Positions 1 through 12,932 of a stretch of DNA of 64,000 nt are shown one piece after another. The notes beneath the pieces were generated by a model, which saw nothing but the letters and a program-made list of their open reading frames with translations, did not search any database and was not told where the DNA came from. Positions within the stretch are counted from its first letter, which is position 1. Every line of letters begins with the position of its first letter. A program made the position numbers and the translations under genes. Source of the stretch: Azolla caroliniana (lineage: Eukaryota > Plantae > Polypodiophyta); the NCBI GenBank assembly GCA_043228905.1, contig JBHGNT010000008.1:13206001-13270000 (forward strand), given 5' to 3'.

Positions 1-808
1 GATTAACCAGGAGTGATTAAGAAATCAGAGTCAACCAAATCCATATCTCCAACCACAACTTCCTTGATAGGACTTCTTAGAGAGTAAGTTGTCCGACCCT
101 TTGTGTTTGTCGACCAAGAAGGTGACAACACTTTCCTAAATACATTCTGTCCTACTCATCTACGGTTTCCTACATTGATACCTTATTGACCCTTATTGCC
201 AGGTTGCACTATACCTACTCCTCATTTGGGGTGCTATCACAAAATGTGCACTCTAAGAATACATGTGGAGATAAATTTATAACTTGGGGTTGATCATTGA
301 TTGTATCTAACAAGTTTCAATCACCCCCTCATGCTACAGTCAATCACATGCTAAAAAATAGGTTATTAACCACAACATTCAAAAGCAATCAATTGGGGAA
401 TAACAAATTTTTGTGCATGTAGGGAGCTTCCTTCCATACCAGGTGCTGCCACCTTTCTTATCAACAAACTAGGGCCATTGCCACTCAACAGTGAAGGTGC
501 TTCCCATGCTTTGGAGAACACTCCATCTTGGATTGGCCCATGTTGGACATCTTTTGAAGGCAAAATTTTCAGTTGAATCTAAGCTCAGCTTATAAAACGC
601 ATATCTAATAAGAAGTTTTGTTTCCTTAGGCAATTTTACTAATGTAGTCATATTTATTCTGGTTTATTGTTCTCAAAGTGAGACAACATTCGAAGATATA
701 ATTTTTGTTCAGTGCCACAGGTCATTTTTGTCCTCTTAAAAGATGTCAATTTAATTATCTTTTTTTCTTATTTAGCTAGTTGACTGACATACCTTTTATA
801 CTGTCTAG

Positions 809-3176
809 CTGGCTGAGGTTGAGAGATTTCATATGCAAACAATACAAAGATTAAGAAGAGAGGCTGCTGAAGTGAGAGAGCAGAACCGACTGCTAAGAAG
901 TACTTCTGCAAATCATATAGAAGCTAGGCATGAATTTTCTGGTCTTCCGAATAATAAAGGTATGCAGGAGCTGAATTTAACAGATCCAGTGGTGGGAAAT
1001 GCTGGCAAAATGACAAAAGGGGCTATCATTGCTAGCAATCAGGTCAGTTTTGAATTTATGCACATTCTTTAATAAATGGAAATTTAGCTAGATCTGGAAG
1101 ATAGTTGCATCATTCATATAGCAGTTAATATCAATATGTTGGAGCAGGTAAGAGATTTGTCTTTTTCTGGTTCACAAGCTGTGGAGACAACAACTTATGC
1201 TCTTCCTGATAATCACCCTACACGGCTTGACCAGTTTTCTGGCCAACAACATGGAATAGTCACATCTCAAATAGCTCCATCTATTATGAGCCAATTCCCA
1301 GATTCAAGGACTACCCAACCACAACTTCAATTACCTATAATGCAGGTTCTATTTTTCTCATCTTAGATTCTTCAATTTGCATTGAAATATTGAAAAAATA
1401 AGTATCCATTTATGTGCAATGTTGCAGCAATTTAAGCTAATTCAGCATGCCCGACCTCCCCAAATATGCCTGGCCCAGACACAACAATTGCAAGTGTTTA
1501 ATCATTCCCCTGAAAATACATATCATATTTCTTTAGACGCACAAGGTGCCAATCAACAAGGAGGAGATGAGAGTACAGTGTTAGGGGACAACCAAAACTT
1601 GGATTTCACTTGCTTGGTCAATGTGCCAGTTAGTTCTGGTGTACATCATGTGCTGCAGAAAGATGTGACACAATCTGATGAGAAGCATACAGGACACTCA
1701 CTTGGTGAACAAAGCAACAAGGAAATCAAACATAGTATAAAAGAAGAACAAACTCAAAAGCAGGAAGTGACGGATCAACTGGAAGTTGGAGGATATGCAA
1801 AGGTTTACAACTATAATTTGATATGCAATAACCAATTTATGTTTTTGTGCTGATATTCTATCCATTAACATCTTCTTTTTCTGTCTAAGATATGTTTTTG
1901 GTATGATTCAAGTTGCAGCCTATGGATGAAAATCAGGTATATTCAAGAGATTCAAGCATGCTGAGAATCCTTGAAAAAAAAGAGTTGGGCAAAAAGGCAC
2001 AGTTATCTGCAGTAAATTCAGGTACTAGTGGAGAGGATCAAAATAAGTTGAGACAAAGCGATCAGATGGCGCCAAATGGTTCATTGCTTCATGCCTTACC
2101 AGAAAAGGTTCATGGAATGACTTCCATTCCTACATTTTTGGATGAAAGATCCCTATTGGCATGCCTTGTAAGGGCAATTCCATCAGAAGCCAGTGCACAC
2201 ATTAAGATTAGCACAACGGTGAGAAGCCTTGATGTGATAGTGTACAATACTTACAAAGTTTTAGTGATTTAATTCTAAAAGTATCTTAACTAGCATTTTT
2301 AAAATGTAGCTGCCAAATCGTCTGGCAAAGATGCTTGCTCCATTGCATTGGCATGATTATAAAAAGAAATATGGGCGTTTAGATGAATTTATCAGTTCAC
2401 ATCCCAAGGTAATATTTTTCTGCTCCCTTCTCATTTCTTCTTAACTTGGGATTGTGTGAGGGTCTGCTATGTTTTAATACTTATTTGTTTCATTATTCAG
2501 CTATTTGTTATAGATGGAGATTTTGTACATTTAAGAGAAGGTGCCCATGCAATAATTTCTGCCACAACTGCTGTGGCAAAAGTTGCTGCTGCTGCTGCTG
2601 CAGCAGCAGGTCCCTCCTCTACTGGTACAAACTGGCCACCTGCAGTAGCACTCACTCCTGTTGGACATGCTCAAAACCAAAGGGCGCAAAACGTTACGAT
2701 ACCATTACACATGGGCTCAAAGCTTGAGAGTTCAGGAACAGGTGGTACATGGGAAAGTTCTTTTTATCAGCAACAAACACACCAAAATTTTATAGGTCAT
2801 GATAACATGAGGGAAAGTCTTGCATCGCAATACCAGCAATCAACGAGTGCCTTTGCCAACAACACTTTAAAGTCAGATGGACATTTCTTATCTACGATAG
2901 CGTCCAATATAGATAAAACGTCTTCTAGTGCTAACAGGTTGGACGTTTCTAATGAATCCTCTGTGGGGTCAGAGTCAGATGTCATAGAAACCTCTGTTGT
3001 ATTACAAAACAGACAAGTAACAAGGTAAAATATAATAATGGATTTCATAAAATACCTGGTTTGGCAAGTTTCATTACATTTTGAGTTCTTTTATTTATCA
3101 CAGGACCAGCAGCATGGAGAGGAATGGATATCAAAGGATGGGATTGCATCACGGTAGAGTGTCCAGGTTATCCTAG
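809..3176 (+). CDS. 3' part of a multi-exon conserved plant gene of unknown function (recalled as similar to Arabidopsis At5g08440/At5g23490); 5' exons lie upstream of the window
   Basis: GT-AG exons 809-1042, 1148-1345, 1428-1802, 1919-2218, 2310-2408, 2501-3024 and 3104-3176 splice in frame to a TAG at 3174-3176. Conserved block LDERSLLACLVRAIP...ISTT|LPNRLAKMLAPLHWHDYKKKYGRLDEFISSHPK|LFVIDGDFVHLREGAHAIISATTAVAKVAAAAA. Family assignment is from memory. Confidence 0.85.
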
Positions 3177-6100
3177 AAGGTAAGAATCCTGATGTATTTA
3201 AGGATTTATCTAGAGAATATTAATGCTGGTTTATGTGGTATAGGCAAGATGATGTTTGGGATTGTTGAAAGGGGTTATTCATAGAGGAATGTTTTAGAAA
3301 CTATATATGGAGATTCCCCATCCACTTGGCCTTCCTAAGCTGTCTATGTACACCCCCTTGGCTCAGGATCAAAATGCAAAAACTAAGCTACATAGTCGTA
3401 ATAATGTAACAAGAAGGATACAGATAAATGATAAAAACGTATGTAAATGATGAATAAAGGACAGGGCATAAATTGATGAACAAAAACAAGAAAGAATAAA
3501 TAAATAAACTTACTTTGCACTTTATCTTGAGATAGTCTATTTGTACTTTGGAAGTGCTATTTTCATTGTTTTAGATGTTGACGCTAAATGTGACAAAAAG
3601 CTATATTGCTTTAGCTAATGCACTATTTATTTAGCAATTCAGGTTTGAACCATACAAACATAATAGTTTCTTGAAGCCACATAGATATTATTACATCCTT
3701 CGTTTCTCATCGTGTCGGTCAAGTCAAGGATGAGATGGAGTCATGCCTCATATTATTTCTGGTGTTCTTGTCAGTTCTTGGAGGACTTAACCTGGTTCTT
3801 CTATGCGATCTATTGGGAAGCATTTTTGGCTTATTGGAGTATTACCTGCTAGGAGTTTTCTATCTACCTAAGTTTTTACCTAGGATCAGAAGGAAAAACT
3901 GGGAATTATATCGTTTCGGGGTATTTTTATCTTTTTTAACTAGTCGCAATTGCTTCCTGATTGTTATTATCTTATTTGCCAAGTGCTATTTTTATCTGAC
4001 TTGCCAATGTGATGATTCGACAGTATGGGAATCTTCTAGGATATGGAAAATTCTTGGCAGGTGGTAGATATTTTTTTTCCTGGAGTTTCATCTTCTGTGA
4101 TTAGACAGAAAATTGCTGAGTAGAAAACCATGAGATTATGCTTTTCATCAACAATGGCATATAAAGTTTTTATCTTGAATTTATAAACGTAGTATCATTG
4201 TTTGATAGGATGCTCAGTGTTGAGGTTGAAAAGAATAAGTCATCTATAAACATGGAGGTCTAAACTTCATACTACTTTGGAGAGCATTGACCATTGGTAC
4301 AGATATACTATGACTAGTAGTACATATATACTCTGTTGATAGATATACAGTTTTTTATCTGAAGTACACGTATAATTTGAGAGCATTGAAATCAATACTT
4401 GATGTAGTGGCTGGTCTGTTGTAATGAGTTGGACATTTGCATATTAGTTTATGCAATTTCATGTTCAGTAATGTTTACATCTAACTGTAGCTTACTGCTT
4501 GAAGACAGAATCATAATGATTATGACATCATCCAAAGGAAAGGATGTGAGTTGTACCAGTCACGGCATTTATCTTTTTCGGCACCTTATAGTGGCAGTTT
4601 CAAGTGGTGGCATATTCAATGCTCAAAGTGGGCAACGATCTTGACCTCTACTAAAAATTGTTACTTTAACTCGTGAATCCTGTCAACAAATGAACTCTCT
4701 TCAATTTCTTCTGAAGATTATACTAATAGAGGCATGCTCCAGTATAATCATTTCTGGCATTATTTTGCAGTGTGTATATATTCTTGTAATTCATCACTTT
4801 TGCGTTAGAGGTATCCTAACAGAGAAATTCATTGTTTTTAAGTCTGAAAGCACAGATGCCTCTGAAGGGAAATCCATTGGTTCGTTTGCATATTTTGTAA
4901 TAGTTATTCACGCTTTTAACATGCATTCCGAAGGGCTGTGCGTAACATGTATCAAAATTATACAATTTAATAAGTATGCTGTACAAGTGAAATACAATTT
5001 AAGTTTAATATACTGACAATGTAGAAAACTATTCCCTATTTGAACTTTTTTGGCTTTATCATGAGTTTTTCAATTATTGAAGTTACAACAGTCAATTGCA
5101 ATGAAAGAAAAAATCTGTTTGTTGAGGTGTTTTGTGGCTTTGGTGTTTGCTCTTAGTAGAACCTTAGTGTTTTATTTCGATATCTTTTTTGTAACATTAC
5201 TCACAAAATATAATTATGATAATGGGCGTGATACATTGTGTTTGTAGATCCTCTCACAACTCAATTGATCATATAATAAAAGCATTCGGGCATTAGGATT
5301 AGGGTGTTAATCCTCATAATTAAAGGATCAAACCATTAGGTTTAGAAACTCCTTAACTACCTTCATCTTAAAAAGGAATATGATAGAAAGCGATAGGGTT
5401 CATTGTTTTGAATGCGGAATTAGGAATCAACTAAACTAGCAACAAGAAAATGATAAATGCAAATAGAACACACATGACTTATACATGGAAAACCCTAAAT
5501 TGGGGAAAAACCGCGGGCCCCTTCGGGTACCATAATTTCCACTATAAACTCAATGTACAGAAGGGTACAACCTCCCTAGACATCTCTCTAAGAATACTCG
5601 AGAATCAAGGTAGCAATCTTGATAACATACTTCACCCAACAAAATGGATGGAACAACAAAGATATGAAACACTGAACAATAGAACTTGATTTGAAGAACA
5701 GAGATCAATGATCCAATCATTGGATGTGTCCTTAGAATCTCTCTGAGATTTCTTGCTCACTCTCTTCCTTTTTGTTCTCTTCTATCTATCTATATCTTTG
5801 CCCTAACTTCACTTCATGTATATATGTATGTATATATGTATATAATTTCAAATTTCGGCCTTTTGGCCCTTTTCAACCCTCTTGTCAACGCCCAAGTATC
5901 ACTTGGACTTCTTCTCTCATGAGGAGGGAAAACACAACAAACTCCCCCTTCACTCTTGTATGGGAGAATCAACCAGACCCGCTCTCATGTGACAAGCAAC
6001 AAGCTTTTCCTTTGGCAAAGTCTTCGTTAACATATCTGACCCATTGTCATCGGTGTGAATCTTCACCCGAACAAAGTCTCCATCTTCTACTCTCTCTCGC

Positions 6101-6607
6101 AAGCAATGAAACCTTCTCTATATGTGTTTGGTTTGAGAATGATAGGCAACATTCTTGGCAAGCTAGATGACACTTTGATTGTCACAATGAAACATGAACT
6201 TATCTTGGTTTACTCCCAACTCAGTCAAGAAATCTCTCATCCAAATCAACTCCTTACCAGCCTCAACTGTAGCCATAGGCCCATATACTCGACCTCTGTG
6301 GTTGACAAAGCTACACTCTTCTGCAATCTCGATTGCCCTGATACAACTCCCCTTGCATATGTCATCAAATAATCTAATGTGTATCGGTTAGAATCCACAT
6401 CATCTAACATGTCAAAATTTGTAAAACCATCAAGCATAGGTTCTTCGGGACCATACTTAAGGCATGCACTTGAGGTGCCTCTGAGATACCTGAGGATCCA
6501 CTTAATTACAGCTGAATGCTCATTTCCAGGATTAGTCATGAATCAACTGACAACCCCAACAGTAAAGGCAATATCCGCCCTAGTACAAACCATAACATAC
6601 ATCAAAC

Positions 6608-7219
6608 TGTAAGGAATCACCGATTTGATTCACCTTCTCCACTCGGCCACAACCGAGTAATCGCGGATCAATGCAGCAGAAAATAGGAAATACAGAGAAA
6701 GACGCGATACACAGGGATTAACGTGGAAAACCCTATACGGGAAAAACCACGGGAGTGCGAGACTCCAAACCAAACTATGCACAGAGAAATATACAAAGGT
6801 GAAGCTACAAGGCAACAACCTTGAGCTCACTGTCTTCGCCACAGGCGGCGGTATTACACAGAGGCGTCGACCTCTTCGTTTCTCTCTCTCTCTCTTTCTC
6901 TCGGCTGCTCTCACTCTGCTCTCTCGACTAGAACATAAAATGAGCAACAACATAAACTATTTGCCCTAAGTCATATTTATACACATATGACTTTCGGGCT
7001 ATTTACAAATATAGCCTCAAGGGCACTTGGCAAACATATTGACAAATATGTCCCCGCATCCGGATCTCGCTCCGGGTACATTCATCATCCGGCTCCGTAA
7101 CCGGGGTCTTCATCATCCGGCTCCGTAACCGGGGTCTTCTTCATCCGGCTTCATACCGTAACCGGGCTTGCCGTCATTCGTCTCCGGACATCCCATCCGG
7201 AGGGACCGATATCCCAACA
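6608..7219 (-). repeat. 3' LTR of the young Copia
   Basis: Direct repeat of 11335-11946, with a 28-bp tandem repeat at ~7081-7166. Confidence 0.97.
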
Positions 7220-7229
7220 AACTCCCCCT

Positions 7230-10200
7230 TCACTTCGGCATGGGATGTCTCTCCAATCCGATCCTCCTCCGGCATGCTTCCAGCTTGTCGGGTGTGAGTA
7301 CTTTGGTCAGCATATCTGACCCGTTCTCGTCCGTGTGGATCTTCGTCAGCACGAACTCCTTATCTTCTATCCTTTCCCGGATCCAGTGGTATCTACGCTG
7401 GATGTGTTTCGTCCGGGAATGGTAGGCCGCGTTCTTCGCAAGGTGGATGGCACTCTGACTGTCGCAGTAGAGTCGGTACTCCTCCTGCCGGATACCGAGC
7501 TCTCTAATGAAGTCCTTCATCCATATTATTTCCTTGCCGGCTTCAACAGCCGCCATGTACTCCGCCTCCGTGGTTGACAACGCAACCGTCTTCTGCAGCC
7601 TTGACTGCCACGAAACGGCTCCCCCTGCATACGTCATCACATACCCTGATGTGGACCGGCTGGTATCTGCATCAGCCGACATATCCGAATCGGTGAAGCC
7701 GTCGAGTTCGGGCTTACCGGAGCCGAATCGGAGGCACACGTTCGCCGTGCCCTTCAGGTATCGGAGTATCCACTTGGCCGCGATCCAGTGTTCTTTGCCG
7801 GGATTGCTCATGTACCGGCTCACCACTCCGACTGCATATCCGATGTCCGGTCTCGTACACACCATGGCGTACATCAAGCTCCCGACGGCTGAGGCATACG
7901 GCACTTTCATCATATCCTCCTTTTCAGCCTTTGTCTTGGGACTTTGCTTGCTGGACAGCTTGCAGTTTGCCGGGAGGGTCGATCCGACTGGTCTTGCTTC
8001 CGACATGTTGAACCGTTTAAGCACCTTTGTCACGTACTTCTCCTGTGACAGCCACAACTGCTTCTTGCTCCGGTCTCGGATGATGTGCATCCCTAGTATT
8101 TGCCTCGCCGGACCCAGGTCCTTCATTGAGAAGGTTCGGTGAAGAGCCTTCTTCAGCATCCGTATCTTGGCCTGGTCCCGTCCGACGATCAACATGTCGT
8201 CCACATACAGGAGGAGTATTAGAAAGTCTCCTCCTTCGAACTTCTTCACAAACACGCAGTGGTCGGACTGCGTTTTGAGGTACCCTTCGTCGGTCATGAA
8301 GGAGTCGAACTTCCGGTACCATTGCCGGGGAGCCTGCTTCAGTCCGTAAAGGCTCTTCTTCAACCGGCATACCAGGTGCTCCTTCCCTTTCTTCTCGAAT
8401 CCTTCCGGTTGCTGCATGTAGATCTCTTCTTCGAGATCACCGTGAAGGAATGCCGTCTTCACGTCCATCTGTTCTACCTCGAGGTCCATGCTTGCCGCTA
8501 TGCTCAGCACCGTTCGGATGGAGGTCATCTTCACTACCGGGGCAAATATCTCGTCGAAGTCGACGCCCTTCTTCTGCTGAAACCCCTTCACCACGATCCT
8601 GGCTTTGTATCTCGGGGGGTTTCCGGCATCTCCCGGTTTCAGCTTGAACACCCACTTGTTACGGAGTGCCCGTTTTCCTTTCGGCAGCTCCACAAGTTCA
8701 TATGTGTGGTTCTCATGCAGGGAATCCATCTCCTCTTGCATGGCACTTAACCACCTGCGGCTATGGGTGTCATGCTTCGCTTCTTCAAAGCTCTCCGGCT
8801 CCCCCTCGTCGGTTAGCAGCACGTGCTCTGGTTCCGGAAATCTCCGGGGGGCCCTTCTCTCTCTTAGAGGATATCTCCGTTCGGGAGCTTCGGTAACCGG
8901 TTCTTCCGATTCTTCTTCATCCGAATCCAGTTCGGGATCGGGGCCGGTTCCGGTATTACTTTCATCTTCTTCGGCCGGTTCTGTTTCTTCACCGTCTTCG
9001 GCCGGATCCTCGAGTGCTAACCGGTCCCTTGCCGGTCGGGACTGCTCCTCGTAGAGTTGATTCTCACCGGTCGACTTGGAGCTCTTCATCTTCTTCTCCG
9101 ACTCCCAGTCGGCGAGTGTCTTGTCCTCCATGAAGATGATATCACGACTCCTGAATATCTTCTTGTCGACCGGGTCCCATACTCGGTAGCCGAACTCGTC
9201 GTCGCCGTAACCGAGGAATATGCATGGACGGGTCTTTGGATCTAGCTTTCCTCTCCGGTCCTTTGCCACATGCACATATGCGAGACACCCGAACACCTTC
9301 AGATGCCGGTAGGACACTTCCTTACCGGTCCAAACTTTCTGCGGCGTGTCTCCGTCCAAAGGTACTGAGGGTGATCTGTTTATCACGTATGTCGCCGTCG
9401 ACATTGCCTCAGCCCAAAACCCCTTGGGTAATTTCGCATGTGCCAGCATACTCCGGACCCTCTCCATTATGGTCCGGTTCATCCTCTCGGCCAGCCCGTT
9501 CAGTTCCGGCGTCTTCGGCACTGTAAACTCGAGCCGGATTCCGTTCGAGCGACAGTACTCCTGGAACTGCCCCCGGTATTCCCCTCCGTTATCCGCTCGT
9601 ATCGCTTTCAGCTTCTTGCCGGATTCCCTTTCCACTCTCGCGTGAAGTTCTTTAAAGACTGACAATACTTGGTCCTTTGTCTTCAACGGTGCCGTCCACA
9701 GCTTCCGGCTATGGTCGTCAATGAATGTTACGAAGTACTGGGCTCCGCCATGTGACTTCGTTTCTACCTGACACACATCAGTATGCACCAACTCCAATGG
9801 TGCGCTACGTCTCGTCGGTGGCCTTGAGTGGAAGGAGGTTCGGTTTTGCTTACCGGCCAGACAGTCGGTGCACTTCTCCAGATGCACATGCTTCACTGGA
9901 ATGAGGTTGTCTTCTGCAAGCCTCTTCATCCCCTTCTCGCTCATGTGGCACAGTCTCTTGTGCCACAGCTCACCGGCAGTGTCGGCTGCCACATTCAGCT
10001 CTTCCGGACATAACCGGGCATTCATCAGGTACAGTGTGTTGTCTTTCCGGGCCCGAGCCACTATCAGGTTCCCCTTGCTGAACTTCATTACGCCGTTCCG
10101 GATGCTACCTGTGTAGCCTTCATCATCTAGCCTCCCGGCCGAAATCAGGTTCAATCGAACCTCCGGAACGTGTCTGACATCCTTCAGCAGCATTTTGCAT

Positions 10201-11303
10201 CCGGTCGAGGTTGTCACCCACACGTCTCCTATGCCGGCAATCCGGCACGTACCTTCATTTCCCATCCGAACACAGCCATGCTCACCGGCTGTGTAGGATG
10301 AGAAGTATCTTCTCTCCGGGGTCAGGTGGAACGACGCTCCGGAATCGATCACCCAGGTCGTCTCATCGCCGGCAATGTTTAGTTCACCTTCTTCGGTGAT
10401 GAGCATGATCTCCTCTTCACTTGCCGCGAGTGCCGTCGTTCCTTTCCGGTCCTGCCCTCGCCGATCCGGACCTCTCCGGTCCGTGGCTCCCCGGTATGCA
10501 CCGTTTCGTTCCGGTGACTTCTTCAAATCGGTGTCGTCGGCTCCGTTGTCTTTACGGTAATGCCGACAATTCTTTCGGAAGTGCCCCGGCTTCCCACAGT
10601 GGAAGCATGTTGGCCTTCCTCTTGACTGCGACCGGGTCCCCGACTTCTCCCGTCTTTGCGGACTCCGGTTCCATTGTCTTCCCCGTTCCGATTCGGTAAG
10701 CAGCGCCTTCGAGTCGGACGCCGGTTCCTTATCTCTCCGACGCGCTTCTTCATTTAGAATACTTGTCTTTACCGTTTGTAGAGACAAGTTATCTTCGGTG
10801 CAGGAGGTGCTGAGAGTCACCACCAAGTTCTCCCAGCTGTCCGGCAATGTACACATCAGGATGATGGCTTGCATTGCATCCTCCAACGGGAACTTGATTG
10901 CCGCAAGCTGGTTCACGAATCCCATGAACGTGCTTACGTGTTCCACCATACTCTCGCCGTCCCGGTACTTGAGATTCACTATCTTCCTCATCAGGGAGGT
11001 CCGGTTCAACGCATTCTTCCTCTCGTAGAGGCCCGACAGCTTCTTCCACATCTCGTATGCGTTGGTGTCGTTCGCCACGTGTTGTAGGACGCTTACATCG
11101 ACATATTGTCGGATCGTCGCTACGGCTTTCCGGTTCAGGAGCTTCCACTCCGACTCAAGTACCCCTTTCGGTATTTCCGACCTGTCAATCGGTTCGTACA
11201 GGTCCCGAACAATCAGAAGATCCTCCATCTTGATCTTCCAGTCGGCGTAGTTCTGCGCATTCAGCACCATCATCCCCGGCTGCCCGCTGCTGCCGCCTTC
11301 CAT
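7230..11303 (-). CDS. Copia gag-pol polyprotein (Gag, CCHC, PR, IN, RT, RH), 1357 aa
   Basis: Motifs CFHCGKPGHFRKNC, WVIDSGASFH, LVHTDVC, RADNGGE, NGLAER, LYVDDM and YCDSQSAI. The first ATG downstream of the PBS is at 11303; the ORF-track start at 11369 lies inside the LTR. Confidence 0.95.
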   Translation of the reverse strand: MEGGSSGQPGMMVLNAQNYADWKIKMEDLLIVRDLYEPIDRSEIPKGVLESEWKLLNRKAVATIRQYVDVSVLQHVANDTNAYEMWKKLSGLYERKNALNRTSLMRKIVNLKYRDGESMVEHVSTFMGFVNQLAAIKFPLEDAMQAIILMCTLPDSWENLVVTLSTSCTEDNLSLQTVKTSILNEEARRRDKEPASDSKALLTESERGRQWNRSPQRREKSGTRSQSRGRPTCFHCGKPGHFRKNCRHYRKDNGADDTDLKKSPERNGAYRGATDRRGPDRRGQDRKGTTALAASEEEIMLITEEGELNIAGDETTWVIDSGASFHLTPERRYFSSYTAGEHGCVRMGNEGTCRIAGIGDVWVTTSTGCKMLLKDVRHVPEVRLNLISAGRLDDEGYTGSIRNGVMKFSKGNLIVARARKDNTLYLMNARLCPEELNVAADTAGELWHKRLCHMSEKGMKRLAEDNLIPVKHVHLEKCTDCLAGKQNRTSFHSRPPTRRSAPLELVHTDVCQVETKSHGGAQYFVTFIDDHSRKLWTAPLKTKDQVLSVFKELHARVERESGKKLKAIRADNGGEYRGQFQEYCRSNGIRLEFTVPKTPELNGLAERMNRTIMERVRSMLAHAKLPKGFWAEAMSTATYVINRSPSVPLDGDTPQKVWTGKEVSYRHLKVFGCLAYVHVAKDRRGKLDPKTRPCIFLGYGDDEFGYRVWDPVDKKIFRSRDIIFMEDKTLADWESEKKMKSSKSTGENQLYEEQSRPARDRLALEDPAEDGEETEPAEEDESNTGTGPDPELDSDEEESEEPVTEAPERRYPLRERRAPRRFPEPEHVLLTDEGEPESFEEAKHDTHSRRWLSAMQEEMDSLHENHTYELVELPKGKRALRNKWVFKLKPGDAGNPPRYKARIVVKGFQQKKGVDFDEIFAPVVKMTSIRTVLSIAASMDLEVEQMDVKTAFLHGDLEEEIYMQQPEGFEKKGKEHLVCRLKKSLYGLKQAPRQWYRKFDSFMTDEGYLKTQSDHCVFVKKFEGGDFLILLLYVDDMLIVGRDQAKIRMLKKALHRTFSMKDLGPARQILGMHIIRDRSKKQLWLSQEKYVTKVLKRFNMSEARPVGSTLPANCKLSSKQSPKTKAEKEDMMKVPYASAVGSLMYAMVCTRPDIGYAVGVVSRYMSNPGKEHWIAAKWILRYLKGTANVCLRFGSGKPELDGFTDSDMSADADTSRSTSGYVMTYAGGAVSWQSRLQKTVALSTTEAEYMAAVEAGKEIIWMKDFIRELGIRQEEYRLYCDSQSAIHLAKNAAYHSRTKHIQRRYHWIRERIEDKEFVLTKIHTDENGSDMLTKVLTPDKLEACRRRIGLERHPMPK

Positions 11304-11334
11304 TTTCTGCACTGCCGTCGCTCTGATACCACTT

Positions 11335-11946
11335 TGTAAGGAATCACCGATTTGATTCACCTTCTCCACTCGGCCACAACCGAGTAATCGCGGATCAATG
11401 CAGCAGAAAATAGGAAATACAGAGAAAGACGCGATACACAGGGATTAACGTGGAAAACCCTATACGGGAAAAACCACGGGAGTGCGAGACTCCAAACCAA
11501 ACTATGCACAGAGAAATATACAAAGGTGAAGCTACAAGGCAACAACCTTGAGCTCACTGTCTTCGCCACAGGCGGCGGTATTACACAGAGGCGTCGACCT
11601 CTTCGTTTCTCTCTCTCTCTCTTTCTCTCGGCTGCTCTCACTCTGCTCTCTCGACTAGAACATAAAATGAGCAACAACATAAACTATTTGCCCTAAGTCA
11701 TATTTATACACATATGACTTTCGGGCTATTTACAAATATAGCCTCAAGGGCACTTGGCAAACATATTGACAAATATGTCCCCGCATCCGGATCTCGCTCC
11801 GGGTACATTCATCATCCGGCTCCGTAACCGGGGTCTTCATCATCCGGCTCCGTAACCGGGGTCTTCTTCATCCGGCTTCATACCGTAACCGGGCTTGCCG
11901 TCATTCGTCTCCGGACATCCCATCCGGAGGGACCGATATCCCAACA
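11335..11946 (-). repeat. 5' LTR of the young Copia
   Basis: Direct repeat of 6608-7219, followed on the minus strand by TGGTATCAGAGC after a 3-nt spacer. Confidence 0.97.
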
Positions 11947-12932
11947 CAAACTACCCATGGTTGAAGCATCAGGCACCTTCTTTATCTCTATTTTATCCTT
12001 CTCAGACTTCGGACACTGTCCAGAATTCAGCTTCATGCCCACTGGCAGTGTAGAGCTAATGGGGTTATTTCCATGTTAAATCTTTGCAACACCCTTGTCA
12101 CATTTCTCTCCTATGATATCCACAAAATGTTTTTCATCCTGTCACGCACTATATGCATCCCCAAGTTTTGTTTTGCAGGACATAAGTCCTTCATAGCAAA
12201 AGACTTGCTCAGAGCCTTCTTCAAGCTCGCAATCTTGTTAGCATCACAATAAACAACCAACATATCATCCAGATTCAGCAAGAGAATAAGAAAATCATCT
12301 TCATGATACTTCTTCACAAACACACAATGATCGGCTTGTGTCTTGTGGAATTCATGCTCTGTCATGACGGATTCAAACTTCTTGTATCATTGTCAAGGAG
12401 CTTGTTGTTTCAAGCCATATAAACTCTTCCTCAATCTGCATACAAGCTTCTCTTTTCCCTTGATCTCAAAACCTTCATGTTTCTCCATGTATATCTCCTC
12501 CTCAAGTTCACCATGAAGAAATGTAGTCTTCATATCTAGCTGCTCAATCTCTAGATTCATACTTACAACTATGCTTAGAACAACCTAGATGGATGCCATC
12601 ATCATTATCGCAAAGCTAGAAGCCCATCACTACTATGCGGGCTTTGTATCTAGGTGGATAGCCATCTTCTCCAATCGTCAATTTGAAAACCCATTTGTTC
12701 CTAAGGGCCCTCTTTCCCTCATGCAACTTCATCAAGTCATAAGTGTGGTTCTCATGCAAGGAATTTATCTCATCTTACAGGGACGGACGATCCAACCATT
12801 GGATGTGTGTCCTTAGCATCTCTCTAGGATTTCTTGCTCACTCTCGTCCTTTTTGTTCTTTTCTATTTGTCTATATCTCTGCCCTAACTTCACTTCATGT
12901 ATATATATCTACATATATGTTACATATATATA

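Larger units (their letters stand above)
6608..11946 (-). mobile_element. Intact, very young Ty1/Copia (Tnt1/Tork-like)
   Basis: 612-bp LTRs at 6608-7219 and 11335-11946, identical by eye. TSD CAAAC (6603-6607 and 11947-11951). tRNAiMet PBS at 11320-11331, PPT at 7220-7231, single open gag-pol ORF. Confidence 0.97.

Noticed and set aside
3735-5016. ORFs of 71-110 aa downstream of the host gene
   Set aside because: T-rich intron or UTR composition with no recognisable protein.
6630-6953. Identical 107-aa ORFs here and at 11357-11680
   Set aside because: They lie within the two LTRs and read through GA repeats; not genes.
7081-7166. Short direct repeats resembling a CRISPR array
   Set aside because: Tandem units without unique spacers, inside LTRs of a eukaryotic genome.
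11304-11369. N-terminal extension of the 1379-aa ORF
   Set aside because: It runs through the LTR end and PBS; the likely start is 11303.
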